NCBI RefSeq assembly: GCF_964194155.1
Contig: NC_135885.1
Location: forward strand, 126,976,001-127,040,000
Direction: 5' to 3'
DNA: 64,000 nucleotides
DNA from: Cetorhinus maximus
Taxonomy: Eukaryota
This document shows positions 23,705 through 36,830 of this stretch, piece after piece. How positions within the stretch are numbered: the stretch's first letter is position 1; every line of letters begins with the position of its first letter. A program made the translations under genes and the position numbers. The notes beneath the pieces were generated by a model. That model had not been told where the DNA came from. It did no database searches and worked only from the letters and a program-made list of their open reading frames with translations.

Positions 23705-26700
23705 CTGGGGTGATGGCATAGTGGGATTGTCACTAAACTGCTCTGGGGACCAGGGTTCGAATCCCATCACAGCAGATGGTGGAATTTGAATTCAATAAAA
23801 ATTTGAAAGTAAATGTCCAATGATAATCATGAAACCATAGTCGATTGTTGTAAAAACCCATCTGGAATGCCCTATAGGGAAGGAAATCTGTCGTCCTTAT
23901 CTAGTCTGGCCTACATGACCCACAGCAATGTGATTGGCTCTGAAATGGCCTAGCAAGCCACTCAGTTGTATCAAACCACTACAAAGTCTCAAAAAAGGAA
24001 TGAAACCAGGCAGACCACCTAGCAATGATCTAGGCACTGACAATGGCAAACTCAGCCCTGTTGACCCTGCAAAGTCCACCTTACTAACATCTGGGAGCTG
24101 GTGCCAAAATTGGGAGAGCTGTCTCACTGACTAGTCATTCAACAGTCAGATATAGTCATCCTCACAGAATCATGCCTTAGAGATAATGTCCCAGGCACCA
24201 CCATCACCATCTCTGGGTATATGCTGTCCCACCGGCAGGACAGACCCAGCAGAAATGACGGGAGTTTCCCTGGAAGTCTTCAACATCGACTCCGAACCCC
24301 ATGAAGTCTCATGGCATCAGGTCAAACACAGGCAAGGAAACCTCCTGCTGATTAACACATACTGCCCTCCCTCAGCTGATGAATCCAGTGCTCCTCCATG
24401 TTGAACACCGCTTGGAGGAAGCACTGAGGGTGGCAAGGGTGCAGAATGCATCTGGGTGGGGGACTTCAATGCCCATCACCAAGAGTGGCTTGGCAGCACC
24501 AGTGCTGGCCAAGTACTAAAGGACAGAGCTGCTACACTGGGTCTGTGGTAGGTGGTGAGGGAACCAACAAGAGGAAAAAACATACTTGACCTCATCCCCA
24601 CCAATATGCCTGCCACAGATGCATCTGTCCACGACAGTAGTGGTAGGAGTGACCATCGCACAGTCGTGGTGGAGACAAAGTCCTGTCTTCGCATTGAGGA
24701 TACCCTCCATCATGTTGTGTGGCAGTACCACTATGCTAAATGGGATTGATTTCGAACAGATCTAGCAACTCAAGACTGGGCACTCTGGGGCAGCAGCAGA
24801 ATTGGTAACCCCATGGCGCAGCATATCCCCCACTCTACCATTACTATCAAGCCAGGGTATCGACCCTGATTCAATGAAGAGTGCAGTAGAGAATGCCAGG
24901 AGCAGCACCAGGCTTACCTAAAAATGAGAAGTTAACCCGGTGAAGCTACAACACAGGACTACTTGCATGTCAAACAACATAAGCAGCAAGTGATAGATAG
25001 AGATAAGAGAACCCACATCCAACGGATCAGAGCTAAGCTCTGCAGTCCTGCTGCCTCGAGTTGTGAATAGTGGTAGACAATTAAACAACTCACTGGAGGA
25101 GTAGGCTCCACAAATATCCCCATCCTCAATGATGGGGGAGACCAGCACATTAGTACAAAAGATAGGGCTGAAGCATTTGCAACAATCTTCAGCCGGAAGT
25201 GCCAAGTGGATGATCCATCTAGGCCTCCTCCGGAGGTCCCCAGCATCACAGATGCCAGTTTTCAGCCATTTAAATTTACTCCACGTGATATCAAGAAACG
25301 GCTGCAGTCACTGGATACTGCGAAGTCTTTGGGCCCGGCAATAGTACTGAAGACCTGAACTCCAGAGCTTGCTGTGCCCCCTTGATTGGCACCACATCCA
25401 CAAACATGTACACCCTCCATCACCAATGCACAGTAGCAGCAGTGCGTACCATCTACAAGATGCACTGCGTGAATTCACCAAGGCCCCTTAGACAGCGCCT
25501 TCCAAACCCACGACCACTAATGTCCAGGAGGACAAGGGCAGCATATACATGGGAACACTACCGCCTGGAAGTTCCTCTCTAAATTACTTCCCATCCAGGC
25601 TTGGAAATTTAAAAAAAAAATTATTCACGGGATGTGGGCTTCGCTGGCTGGGCCAGCATTTATCGCCCATTCCCATTTGTCCTTGAGAAGGTGGTGATGA
25701 GCTGCCTTCTTGAACCACTGCAGTCCATGTGGTGTAGGTACATCCACAGTGCTGTTAGGGAGGGATTTCCAGGATTCTAACCCAGAAACAGTGAAGGAAC
25801 GCCAATGAATTTCTATGTCAGGATGGTGAATGACTTGGAGAGGAACATCCAGGTGGTGCTGTTCCCATCTATCTGCTTCCCTTGTCCTTCTAGATGGTAG
25901 TGGTCATGGGTTTGGAAGTTGCTGTCAAAGGAGCCTTGGTGAATTCCTGCAGTGCATCTTGTAGATGGTGCACACTGCTGGTACTGTGCATTGGTGGTGA
26001 AGGGAGTGAATGTTTGTGGATGTGGTGCCAATCAAGTGGGCTTCTTTGTCCTGGACGGTGTCATGATTCTTGGATGTTGTGGGAGCTGCACTCATCCAGG
26101 CAAGTGGGGAGTATTCCATCACACTCCTAACTTGTGCCTTGTAGATGGCGGACAGGCTTTGGGGAGTCAGGAGGTGAGTTACACGTTGCACGCTTCCTAG
26201 CCTCTGATCTGCTCTTGTACCTATGGTATTTATATGGCTAGTCCAGTTCAGTTTCTGGTCAATGGTAACTACCCGGATGTTGATAGAGGGGATTCAATGA
26301 TGGTAATGCCATTGAACATCAAGGGGTGATGGTTGGATTCTCTCTTGTTGGAGATGGTCATGGCCTGGCACTTGTGTGGTGTGAATGTTAGTTGCCACTT
26401 GTCAGCCCAAGCCTGGATATTGTCCAGGTCTTGCTGCATTTGGACATGGACTGCTTCAGTATCTGAGGAGTCGCGAATGGTGTTGAACATCATCAGCGAA
26501 CATTCTCACTTCTGAACTTATGATGGAAGGAAGGTCATTGATGAAGTAACTGAAGATGGTTGGGCCGAGGACACTATCCTGAGGAACTGCTGCAGTGATG
26601 CCCTGGAGCTGAGATGACTGACCTCCAACAGCCATAACCATTTTCCTTTGTGTTAGGCATGAGTCCAACCAGTGTAGAGTTAACCCCCTGATTCCCATTG

Positions 26701-27250
26701 GCTCCAGTTTTGCTAGGGCTCCTTGATGCCCCATTGGTCAAATGCTGCCTTGATGTCAAGGGGGCAGTCACTCTCCCCTCACCTCGGGAGTTCAGCTCTT
26801 TTGTCCATGTTTGAACCAAGGCTGTAATGAGGTCAGGAGCTGACCGGCCCTCATGGAACCCAAACTGGGCATCAGTGAGCAGGTTATTGCTAAGCAAGTG
26901 CCACTTGATAGCACTGTTGATTACCCCTTCCATTACTTTACTGATGATCGAGAGTAGACTGATAGGGCGGTAATTGGATGAGTTAGATTTGTCCTGCTTT
27001 TTTTGTACAAGACATACCTGGGCAATTTTCCACATAGCCGGGTAGATGCCAATGTTGTAGCCGTTCCTTCACTGTCAAAATCCTGGAACTCCCTCCCTAA
27101 CAGCATTGTGGGTGTACCTGCACCACATGGACTGCTATGGTTCAAGAAGACAGCTCACCACCACCTTCTCAAGGGGAACTTGGGATGGGCAATAAATGCT
27201 GGGCCAGGTAGTGAAGCCCATATCCTGTGAATGAATAATAAAAAAAAAAA
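23705..27250 (+). mobile_element. Second copy of the tRNA-headed CR1-group LINE, internally deleted and interrupted by an inverted copy
   Basis: A box TGGCATAGTGG 23714-23724 and B box GGTTCGAATCC 23754-23764. APE region colinear with 12569-14236. About 1 kb deleted at 25381. 3' tail and poly(A) at 27061-27250. Confidence 0.9.
25611..27060 (-). mobile_element. 5'-truncated inverted copy of the same LINE (RT domain + tail)
   Basis: ORFs 26574-27035 (NYRPISLLSIISKVME, QFGF), 26456-26734 (VPQDSVLGP, FADD), 26269-26493 and 25925-26191. Confidence 0.92.
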
Positions 27251-27329
27251 TCACACCAATCACCGGTGTTGTTTTTAGGGGAGGAGGTGGGGGTGTGCTA
27301 TCCACTCCCTCCCCATATTATCCTGGCCA

Positions 27330-28184
27330 CTGGAGGGGCATTTGTCTTGAGATTCTTAGTCATCTCCCCGTGCATGGTCCTGATGTCTCGGGTAGTGGCA
27401 AATGCAGTTCTCTTATAAAGTTCATAGGAAAGGAAACACACATCCCCAGGAGGAAGAGATTAATTTACCAATCTGATATACACCTTCCTGACTCTCACTA
27501 GACTATACATGGATACAAGATTGAAAAATTCCGTTGAGCTAAACCCAAGGTGAGTTATTCCAATTCCCATTTAGTTGTGCTATTTTCCTGTCTCTATCTT
27601 TTATCCTAAGTGGGGCATCCCATTAATTACCATTCTATCTTATTCATAAGCCTTGAAGGATCTTTAAAATCCAATACAATGTTTTTATAATATGTTGTTT
27701 TTACAACAGAGACACAAGTGCTTGCAGTTAATTTTGAGATGGGCGCCATAAATTTCCTTCTCGAGTACATTGTTCTGGAAGATAACAAATGGGATAAAGT
27801 TAAATCTTTAAAAGGCAAAATGTTTAGCTCAAATCATTCCCAGGCTGTCAGTGGAAAGGGTTAATTTCTCTGCCTGTTTGCAAAATGCAGGGCAAACATT
27901 CTCAATTGCATCAAATTTATGTTAATTTTCTCCTCCTGATCGAAGACAAACCACACACCATTTTAAACCTTGCGCAAGTCTGGGTATCTATTATAAACTT
28001 TTTCAAGTTTTTTTATTCTGAGGAATTGAAAACAGTAAAAATCATTAGTAACATCATCAATTCAAAGAAAAAATTCTCATCAGGGAAGACAATATTTTAG
28101 TTTAAACTCCCAATTGTTAACAAACTTCTTCACTTCTTCCTCAAATTGACTTTTCAATCTCTGTTGTTTGCGTACTACATCCCG
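27330..28184 (-). pseudogene. Unidentified decayed coding-like segment, candidate C-terminal part of an endogenous viral gene
   Basis: Successive frames read KSQFEEEVKKFVNNWEF / VFPDENFFFELMMLLMIFTVF...ARFKMVCGLS / ORF 27627-27818. Needs at least two frameshifts and contains several stops. Confidence 0.25.
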
Positions 28185-31100
28185 TGTTCCATATGGTTGA
28201 TAAAATGGCTTCTGCCCAAATCCTTTATTCACAAAGGAATGGCATCAGAGATCATATGACCCAGAGGTCACATGGCTATGGCTAGCCACAGTATACAACA
28301 TATACAGTACACAAATTGCAAAGTCATTTCGCCAAACGCCTTGCTTTAACAGTGACTTGACATTGTCTCAGTTATACTATAATACTCTCAGTTGGCTGTT
28401 CACTTTCACCATGCACAATTGAGATGACAACTGCTTTATACAGTTTCAAAGTTGTCAAGTGGGCTGATTTTTCTGAGTTGCATTGAATGTTTGCATGCTG
28501 ACCGATGTCCAGTTCTCAACTCTGGCAATGATTTGGCCGCATTATCAATGTGAAATTTGGTTCTCTGTCGTTTCACTTGGATTTTGTCACTCACTCCTGT
28601 TATTACTTCTGTTCAGTATTTTTTCTAGCTATTGAAAGAGTAGTTTGGGTATGGCATGTCATTAGTCACTGGGCTGGACTACTTTCCATGCCTTCAGTAG
28701 ATGTGTTTCCCAATTCTAAGATCGTCTCATCCACACCTGTGCTGGATCTACTCGATTTTTTGATGATCCCTTTGGCAATTTTTACCACTGCCTTGGCCTT
28801 TCCATTTGATTGGGAGTAGTGTGTATCTGATGTGTAGTACTGAATTTCTCAATTGTTCGTGAAGTGCCTGAATTCTTCACTCATGAACTGAAGGCCATTG
28901 TCACTCATCACAGTGTAAGAAACGCCATGACAAATGAAGTGTGCATTCAGGCATTCCCAGTAGCCTGAACAGTAATCGACTATGATGAGATAGCCAGTTC
29001 CAAAGAGAGTGAAGAGATTTACTCTAAGTTTCATCCATGTTTTGTCTGGGATGTCATGAGTCATGAGCAGCTCTTTAACTTGTTTAGCTCAGTACTTGTT
29101 ACAAGCACTGCACTGGCTGATATGGTCCTTAATCTCATTGTTCATGTTTGGCCAGTAGAGCACTCCTCTTGCCTTCCTCAGGCTAGGCTCAATTCCTTGA
29201 TGGCTTGTACAGTTGCTTTCCAGCCCTTCCTTTCTCATCCCCTTAGAGATAATGACTCTAGTTCCTTTGAATAAGATGTCATATTGGGAAATCACTTCAT
29301 CCATGTATGCCCTATGCTCTCTTATAGTACCAGGTATATCCTTGACAGTTTCAGGACATCCCATCATCACTATTTTACTGTAGCACTTTGAGAGTTCCTT
29401 ATCACTCTGTAATCTGCTTGATCTGAACAAGACGCTTGTCCATTAGATTCAATGTTTTGGCTGGGTTGATGACTTCTTGAGCATGTTGAGGCATTGCTTC
29501 TCATTGAATCTGGAAGATTTCACACTCTGCACTGGCATCATCAACTTCCGTCAAAGGGATTGTGGCTCTCGACAACATGTCCGCGATCTACATCCACTTC
29601 CCTTGCTTGTATTTTACTTCAAAATGTTATCTCTGCAAACAAAGTGACATTCTTTACAGACACTTTGGAGCAGACAGAAGTGGTTTGAGAAAAATGCTTT
29701 GAAGTGGCTTATGGTCAGACTATACTGCCAGTTCATCTCTCCCAAATAGCTGATGATTAAAAAGCTCACAAGCAAAGACAATAACCAAGCATTCTTTCTC
29801 AATCTGGGTGAAGCGGCATTCAGTTTGCGTTAACAATCTGAATGCAAATGCAACTGGCTGCCCTTGATGCATGAGTGTGGTTCAAGTCTTGCTTCGCTAG
29901 CATTGCACTGCAAGGTGACTTAATCGTTGACATTATAGTACCCCAGCACTGGCATTGTTGTCATGACTTACTTGATGCAAGTGAAAGCTGCTTCTTGTTC
30001 TGTGCCCCAATACCACTGAACATCCTTTGCAGTGAGCTTGTGTAGAGGTTCACACACTGATGGCAAATTGGGCAGGAACTTTGCTAGGTAGTTCACAAGT
30101 CCAGCAAATCTTTGCACTGCCTTCACCTTTATTAGTTACTCATTTCTGCCACTGCTCACACCTTACCAGGATCAGGATGAATTCCTTTTTCAGTCAGTAC
30201 ATGACCTATGTAATTCAGTCATTTTCAGTTACAGTTTTTTCTTGTTCAGCTTCAGGTTCATCTGGCGAGGACTCTCTAGCAGTCTCGCTAGATTTTGATT
30301 ATGATCTGCGATGACTTCTTCCATGGCATCTCCACACCCTTAGACTAGCAGATCATCCACAATCACTTCCAACCCTGGAAGATCATTGACTACCTCATGC
30401 TGTTGGCCTTGATATTTCCAGGGCCATTGAAATGCCAAACGGCATGCACAACCATCTGTACCTCTCATATGACATCTAGAACGTAGCCAGGAAACTGCTG
30501 TTTTCATCCAACTTCACTTGCCAATATCCATCCTTCACATCGAGGGTAGTAAAGAGCTTTGCCTCAAGCTGTGGCAAAATCTCTTCAATGGTTGCCATGG
30601 GGTAGTGAGATCTCTTCAAAGATTTATGACTGTCCTTTGGGTCTATACACACTCTCAGGTTCCCAGGTTTTTTCACTGTTATCATGCTGCTAATCCAGTC
30701 TGTAGGAGTTGATTACTGCCCTCTTTTCAAGCTCTTCTATCTTTTCTTTTGGGCTAGTCTTGAGAGCAGCTGGAATTCTTGGAAGATGCTGAATTGGTCT
30801 CACACTCTCATCTACTTCAAGATGATATTCACCAGGAATATGTCCAAGACCAATAAAAACATCTCTGTAATTTGTCAGGATCTGTTCAGAAGTCAATGGC
30901 TTGGTGCCATGTGAAACATTGCAAATCTCTTCTGGTACATGGAGGGTTACCAGTCCATGCTTTTGACTTGTTTAAGCTGAGATGAGGGGATTTTACTTAG
31001 TGTGCACTATGTGTAATTGTCGATCTTCTTGCTCCCCATTGCATTGGACTCTCAGCTTAACTTGTCCTCTTGAGGTGAGCATCATTCCATCATATAGTCT

Positions 31101-33740
31101 CAGCTTTACCTTAGAAGCATAGAAACTAGGAGCAGTAGGCCATTTGGCCTTTAGAGCCTGCTCCACCATTCAATATGATCATGGCTGATCCTCTATCTCA
31201 ACACCATATTCCCACTTTCTCTCCATACCCCTTGATGTCCCTAATATTCAAAAAATTATCAACTTATTTCTTGAATATACTCAGTGAATATACTCAGCCT
31301 CCACAGCCTCTGTGGTAGAGATTTCCATAGGTTGACCACCCTCGGAGTGAAGAAATCTTTCCTCACCTCAGTCCTAAATGGTCTCCCTTGTATCCTGAGA
31401 CTGTGGCCCCTGGTTCTAGATTCTCCAACCAGGGGAACCATCCTCCATGCATCTAGTCTGCCTAGCCCTATTAGAATTTATATTTTTCAACCAGATCCCC
31501 TCTCATTCTTCTAAACTCTAGTGAATACAGGCCCAGCAGAACCAATATCTCCTCATACAACAGTCCTGCCATCCCCAGTATCAGCCTAGTGAACCTTTGC
31601 TGCACTCCCTCTATGGCACATATATCCTTTCTTAGGTAGGGAGACCAAAACTGTATGCAATATTCCAGGTGTGGTCTCACCAAGGCCCTGTATAACTGCA
31701 GTAAGGCATCCCTACTTCTGAACTCAAATCCCCTTGCAATGAAGAACAACATACCATTTGCCTTCCTAATTGCTTGTTGCACCTGCCTGTTTGTTTTCAT
31801 TGACTGGTGTACAAGGTCACGCAGATCCCTTTGTTCATCCACATTTCCCAATATATCACCATTTAAATAATACTCTGCCTTTCTGTTTTTCACAACAAAG
31901 TGCATAGCTTCACATTTATCCATGTTATACTGCATCTGCCATATGTTTGCCCACACACACAACTTGTCTAAATCGCTCTGAAGCCTCCTTGTATCCTTCT
32001 CACAACCCCGCCTGTTTTGTGTCATCAGCAAACTTGGAAATATTGTATTTGGTTTCCTCATCCAAATCATTTATATATATCGTGAATTGCTGGGGCCCAA
32101 GCACTGATCCCTGCGGTACACCCCACAAGTCACTGCCCGCCATCCGGAAAAAGGCCCATTTATTCCCACTCTCTGTTTCTGGTCTGTCAACTAATTCTCA
32201 ACCCATGCCAGTATATTACCCCCCATCCTTTGTGTTTTAATTTTACCCACTAGCCTCTTATGTGGGACCTTATCAAAAGCCTTCTTGAAATCCAAATACA
32301 CCACATCCATTGGGTTCTCCCTTATCTATTCTACTAATTACATCCTCAAAAAACTCCAGTAGATTACTTAAGCATGATTTCCCTTTCATAAACCCATGCT
32401 GACTTTGTCTAATTCTGTTAATGCTTTCCAAGTGTCTTTTATAATATACTCTAGTATTTTCCCCACTACTGATGTTAGGCTAACTGGCCTGTAATTCTCT
32501 ATTTTTTCCCTCCCTCCTTTTTCAAATAGTGGGGTTACATTTGCCATCCTCCAATCTGTAGGAACTGCTCCAGTGTCTATAGAATTTTGGAAGATGACCA
32601 CCAATGCATCCAATATTTCCAGCGCCACTTGCTTTAGTATTCTGGGATGTCGATTATCAGGCTCTAGGGATTTTTCAGCCTTTAACCCCATTAATTTCTC
32701 TAGCACCATTTTTTTTACTAATACTGATTTTCTTCAATTCCTCCCTCTCACTAGACCCTTGGTTCCCTAACATTTCTGGGAAATTACTTGTGTCCTCTTT
32801 TGTGAAGACAGAACCAAAATATGTCTCCCCTACGCTGGACATGATTCCTTTTCTTTTGTATGGCGTCCTCCACAATATTTACACCCAATACTCTGGCCTT
32901 GATATTTCTACTGGCCCTTCTGTAAATATTTCTTCATTTTCTCCATTGTCTTGTATCTGAACTGCTTCTCAGCATAGTGCTAATTGTTGTCAGTTCTCCC
33001 ATTAATACTCTTCAGCTGATGAGTAACCACTTCAGATCTTCTGCACATATCAATAGTTGTCTTTAGAGTACGCGTCTCCTCTCTTAACAGACATGCTCTC
33101 ACAGTGGGATCTTTTGTTCCTAAAACATCAGATCAGCCTTCGGTTGCTCAAACTCACAAAATTCAGCTAGACGTCTCAGCACAATCAGATACTTAGCAAT
33201 ATTCCCCCTCTGTTCGCGTTCATAAATAACATTAATAGAGAGTTCAGAGGGGGTCTTTAAGGCCTCCAAAATTTCACAATCTGTGTTTTCTGCTCTTCAG
33301 TGAAGACTAGGGTGCAATATGGCACTGATAACAGAGTTGCTATTCTTATTCATTCAGGTTTCTTGCCTAACTCCATGGTAATTTCATAGATCTGTCATTG
33401 AGAATGGGAGAATTTCCAATTTATTTTCACATCTCCCTTCACCTCCATAGCAGACGGCACTGGAGTATTCAAAGCCATAATAACACACCCTATGGTCAAC
33501 ATCTTGTACAAAGTTGCAGATTGAGGTTTTAATTATCCTCTGCTGTTTCTTACAGAAGCTGGCTCTTACAGCTATAAAAATTCATTCAATTTCAGTTGCA
33601 CACTCCTGACATCATGCTCCACGTGGTGGGTAAAATGGCTTCTACCCGAACCCTTTATTCACAAAGAAATTACATCAGAGGTCACATGACTCAGAGCTCA
33701 CATGACTATATATAGCAAGCCACAAAACATAACATGCACA
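28185..33740 (-). mobile_element. Gypsy/Ty3 LTR retrotransposon, decayed, with a nested CR1
   Basis: Diverged direct repeats start at 28185 and 33615. PBS 33601-33614 (CACTCCTGACATCA) resembles the tRNA-Leu(CAG) 3' end. RT (LRVCIDPKD, TTLDVKDGYWQ, 30476-30685), RNase H (QIEKE, DHKPL), integrase zinc finger (HQGI...YWPNM...CSAC, 29089-29430) and core (YLIIVDYCS, VMSDNGLQF). Order RT-RH-IN is Gypsy type. Confidence 0.92.
31118..32823 (-). mobile_element. CR1 LINE 3' portion nested in the Gypsy element
   Basis: ORFs 32386-32709 (DWRMANVTPLFEKG, NYRPVSLTSVVGKILE), 31471-32070 (LYRALVRPHLEYCIQFWSP) and 31259-31441 (TRGHSL, VVNLWKSLP). Confidence 0.95.
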
Positions 33741-34086
33741 GTGGACAAAAGGCAAAGGCATTTCTCCAAAAGCTTTGCTTTAACGGTGACTCGACAGTGT
33801 CTCAACTATATGATGATACCCTCAGTTGTGTAAGAGTACTGCTTCATGGGATTATATATCAGTCTGCTAATATCTCCAGGTCGAGTCATGTTTTTGCAAT
33901 CATGTTTATGGGTTGAAAATGCAATCAGCACAGAATTGAGAATCACCTGTATGTCGGGATCCTACACGTACACCTCAGCAAGAGCTGATAAAACTTGGGG
34001 CACAGTTTTTGTAGGGTCTAGTTGTGGATCATGAATGATGGCGGTGAAAGGGTCGGACTCAACTAATGTTAATTGTTGACGGCTTC
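33741..34086 (-). pseudogene. Unidentified decayed ORF segment (about 115 codons), candidate N-terminal part of the gene continuing at 28184
   Basis: Single frame SRQQLTLVESDPFTAIIHDPQLDPTKTVPQVLSALAEVYV*DPDIQVILNSVLIAFSTHKHDCKNMTRPGDISRLIYNPMKQYSYTTEGIII*LRHCRVTVKAKLLEKCLCLLST with two TAG stops, lying between two Gypsy elements. Confidence 0.3.
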
Positions 34087-36830
34087 TGTAGTCGTAGTGT
34101 CTGTTACACAGAGGGTTAATGTGGGACTGAGTATAGTACCACGCACACGGTGATGTAAGGAAGCACAGACCCAGGGTCAATCTAGAGGTGGACAGAGATG
34201 TGTAAAGACCTAGGATGGAGCCAGCTCCATATTTGTACCCTCTATTATATAGCTAGGAGTTGTTAATAAAGGCTTGCTGTTAATATACTCAAGACTATGA
34301 AACCTACTTCATGGTGTCTGAAACAGAATTCTCTGTGGTGGCAGTGTCTAGATCAGAAACCCTTATCCTCACAAGAATACAGAAAAACTAAGAAAAATGA
34401 CGCTTTCAACAGATCCTAAATTGAAACAAATTCCCAACTGAAGCTACAGACATGAAGAAAATTCACCAGAAACAGAAAGCTCCAGAGACAGAAGAGCCTG
34501 GAAGCATAAAGTCAGAAGTGACATTTGAAAGAAACATGCCGCTAATCTCAACGCCCAACTCCGAGTCACAACATTTGGCTCCTGAGTTCGGCAAAGGAAA
34601 ACAAAACAAATTAATAATTAATTTGTCTACTTCGGGCACTTCACGACCATCAGATTTCCTAAACAGCAAGCCTGTGGTTCTTTTCTACACGTCCCGACTC
34701 ACAACGCTATACCGCTGATTAAGTTAAGTCAGCAGCTGGCCAACCAATGCAGCTATTCCGGGCCCTTCTTCTTCAGGCAGAAGTGCGCTTCTGCCATTTT
34801 GGAAAGCCCGCCAAAATCCAGCAAGCACGGGAAGATCCAATGTTCAGCAATGAATGGTAACGCCATCTTAGAAGCCTGTAATCATTTAAAGCTGTACCTA
34901 CACATTTGAACATCTTCAAAATAGATCATAGTTCCACACTTCCAGATCCACTGGGATTCATCCATGGCCCAGAGCAGTCACACAATTGGAGTCTTTAGAA
35001 GAAAAGATTTCTAAGGTACAGCATTGCTACAGGCCTAGATAAAAATCAAAAGCAGAATAAGTCAATTGGGCCAATTGCAGACAACATCATTGCACAACAA
35101 GCTACCCTTGAGTTATCTACCAAATTTTATGATCTTTTAAAATCCTTCGATGTTTATTTCAACCTGAGATCCAACAAAATATTGTAGAAAACCAAATTTA
35201 ATAAGAAAGTGCAACTGCCTAGGGAACCTGCCGATTCATTCATAAATGATCTCTACAGGCTGGCAGAGGTATGTGAATATGGCAATTTAAGGTATGAGCT
35301 CACCTGAGACAGAATCATGGTGGGTGTTGCAGACAATTCATTCTCTGACCTCCTACAAACTAAAGATAATCTTACCTGAGACCAGGCAATCCAATTATGT
35401 AGTCTGTCTGAGTTACGTGAACAACACAGGACCATCCTAAGGGGAGAGAACACTACTTGGCGCAGAGAAAAAAAAAACCTCAGTCTGCCATATCAGGTCA
35501 CAGAAATTCAGGGAGCACCCAAGTCATGGAAAGCAATTCCTGAGCTTCCCAACAGAGCGACCTTGCCAGCACTGAGCTGCAATGCGCCCTCACAGGAAAG
35601 ATCAGCGTCCTGAGAGCACTGCCCAATGCTTCCACTGCAACAGGCAAGGACACTTTGGTAAACTGTGCAGGTCAAAACCCTAGCACTACACAGACATTCC
35701 AAGGGTGACCCACAAGGTTGAGACTGAAAACCCTGAAAGCATATAACCAAACTTCTTGGGTGACATCAGACAATGCTAACATTTGGTAATTGATTATCTA
35801 ACAAACTTTATATTAGATTCAGGTGGCAGTGTGACAGCACTGTCAGGCAAGAAACCATGGCTCCTAGGCCTTTGGATTTGAATGACGGACTCTTCACTGA
35901 GGTACGGCAACAAACACATCTGTGAGCTGATGTATGTTGTCTGGAATCAGCCTTTCTCTCTTCTGAGCATGGATGCCTGCATAGCCCTCGGTTTCCTCCA
36001 GAAGGCAGAAGATGTCGAGACTACCATTGTTGTTAGCTTGCCAGAACAGCATGGTCCTGAATCCTCAAACATTATTCAGGCTCTGATTTCTCTTCTATTT
36101 TGTGAAGCAGGTTTGCCCATCATCATTCCAGGTCCAGGAAAGTCCCCAATGGTCAGACCAACCTATCACACACGAGATTACCATAGCACCTCCAATGGAA
36201 GTGGTACCAGAGAAGGACCAACAGTCTGAAGAGCCTCTACCTCCAACTATGATATAGGTACAGTTGGTAGACACACCAGCCACTGTGCATACTTCAAGCC
36301 AGCTGGAATTCTGGAAGGGATGCTGGAACTTCATAGCAGCCTCGCACCATCAACAACAAAAAAACAGAGGTGAGCATGCTACTAAATATTCTTCTTGCCA
36401 CAGAAAGGCCCTTCCTTAGCCTCAGAGAGCTTCCCAATGACCCAAGCAGAAAAAGAAGAAAAGGCTCCACCAAGTAGATGAACACCATTTTCATCCACCC
36501 TGCAAGAAACAAACAAGAGTAACAACATCTATGCACCACCAACCAGCCAGACCAACCAGACATGGTTTAACATCAAGCAATGGAAGAAACAGATGAATTC
36601 ATACCCAAATGCCAGTCCAACCCCCAAGCCAACAACACAAACCAAAACCACCAGAGCCTACCACTCTCCTGACAGAATGGTAAACGAGATATGGAAGGGT
36701 TATAAGGCTCCAGAACACCTGGACCTCTAACTTCAAGGACTTGAAGGGCAGAGATGGGGTATATAATACCGTAATAGCAATAATGTTGGAAAAGGATTAA
36801 GGTTGTGACAATAAGGTAAATACATAAGGT
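34087..36830 (+). mobile_element. Internally deleted Gypsy LTR retrotransposon
   Basis: 5' LTR ends TTCA at 34311 (AATAAA near 34265), PBS TGGTGTCTGAA 34312-34322, gag-like KRFLRYSIATGLD (about 35000), protease FILDSGGSVT (about 35810), integrase C-terminus RYGRVI...PEHLDL*, purine tract near 36742-36754. RT/RNase H absent. Outer boundaries approximate. Confidence 0.8.

Noticed and set aside
23709-23775. Functional tRNA gene (also at 12575, 21140-21214 and 50593)
   Set aside because: A and B boxes are present but there is no complete cloverleaf or T-run terminator, and each continues into SINE/LINE body sequence.
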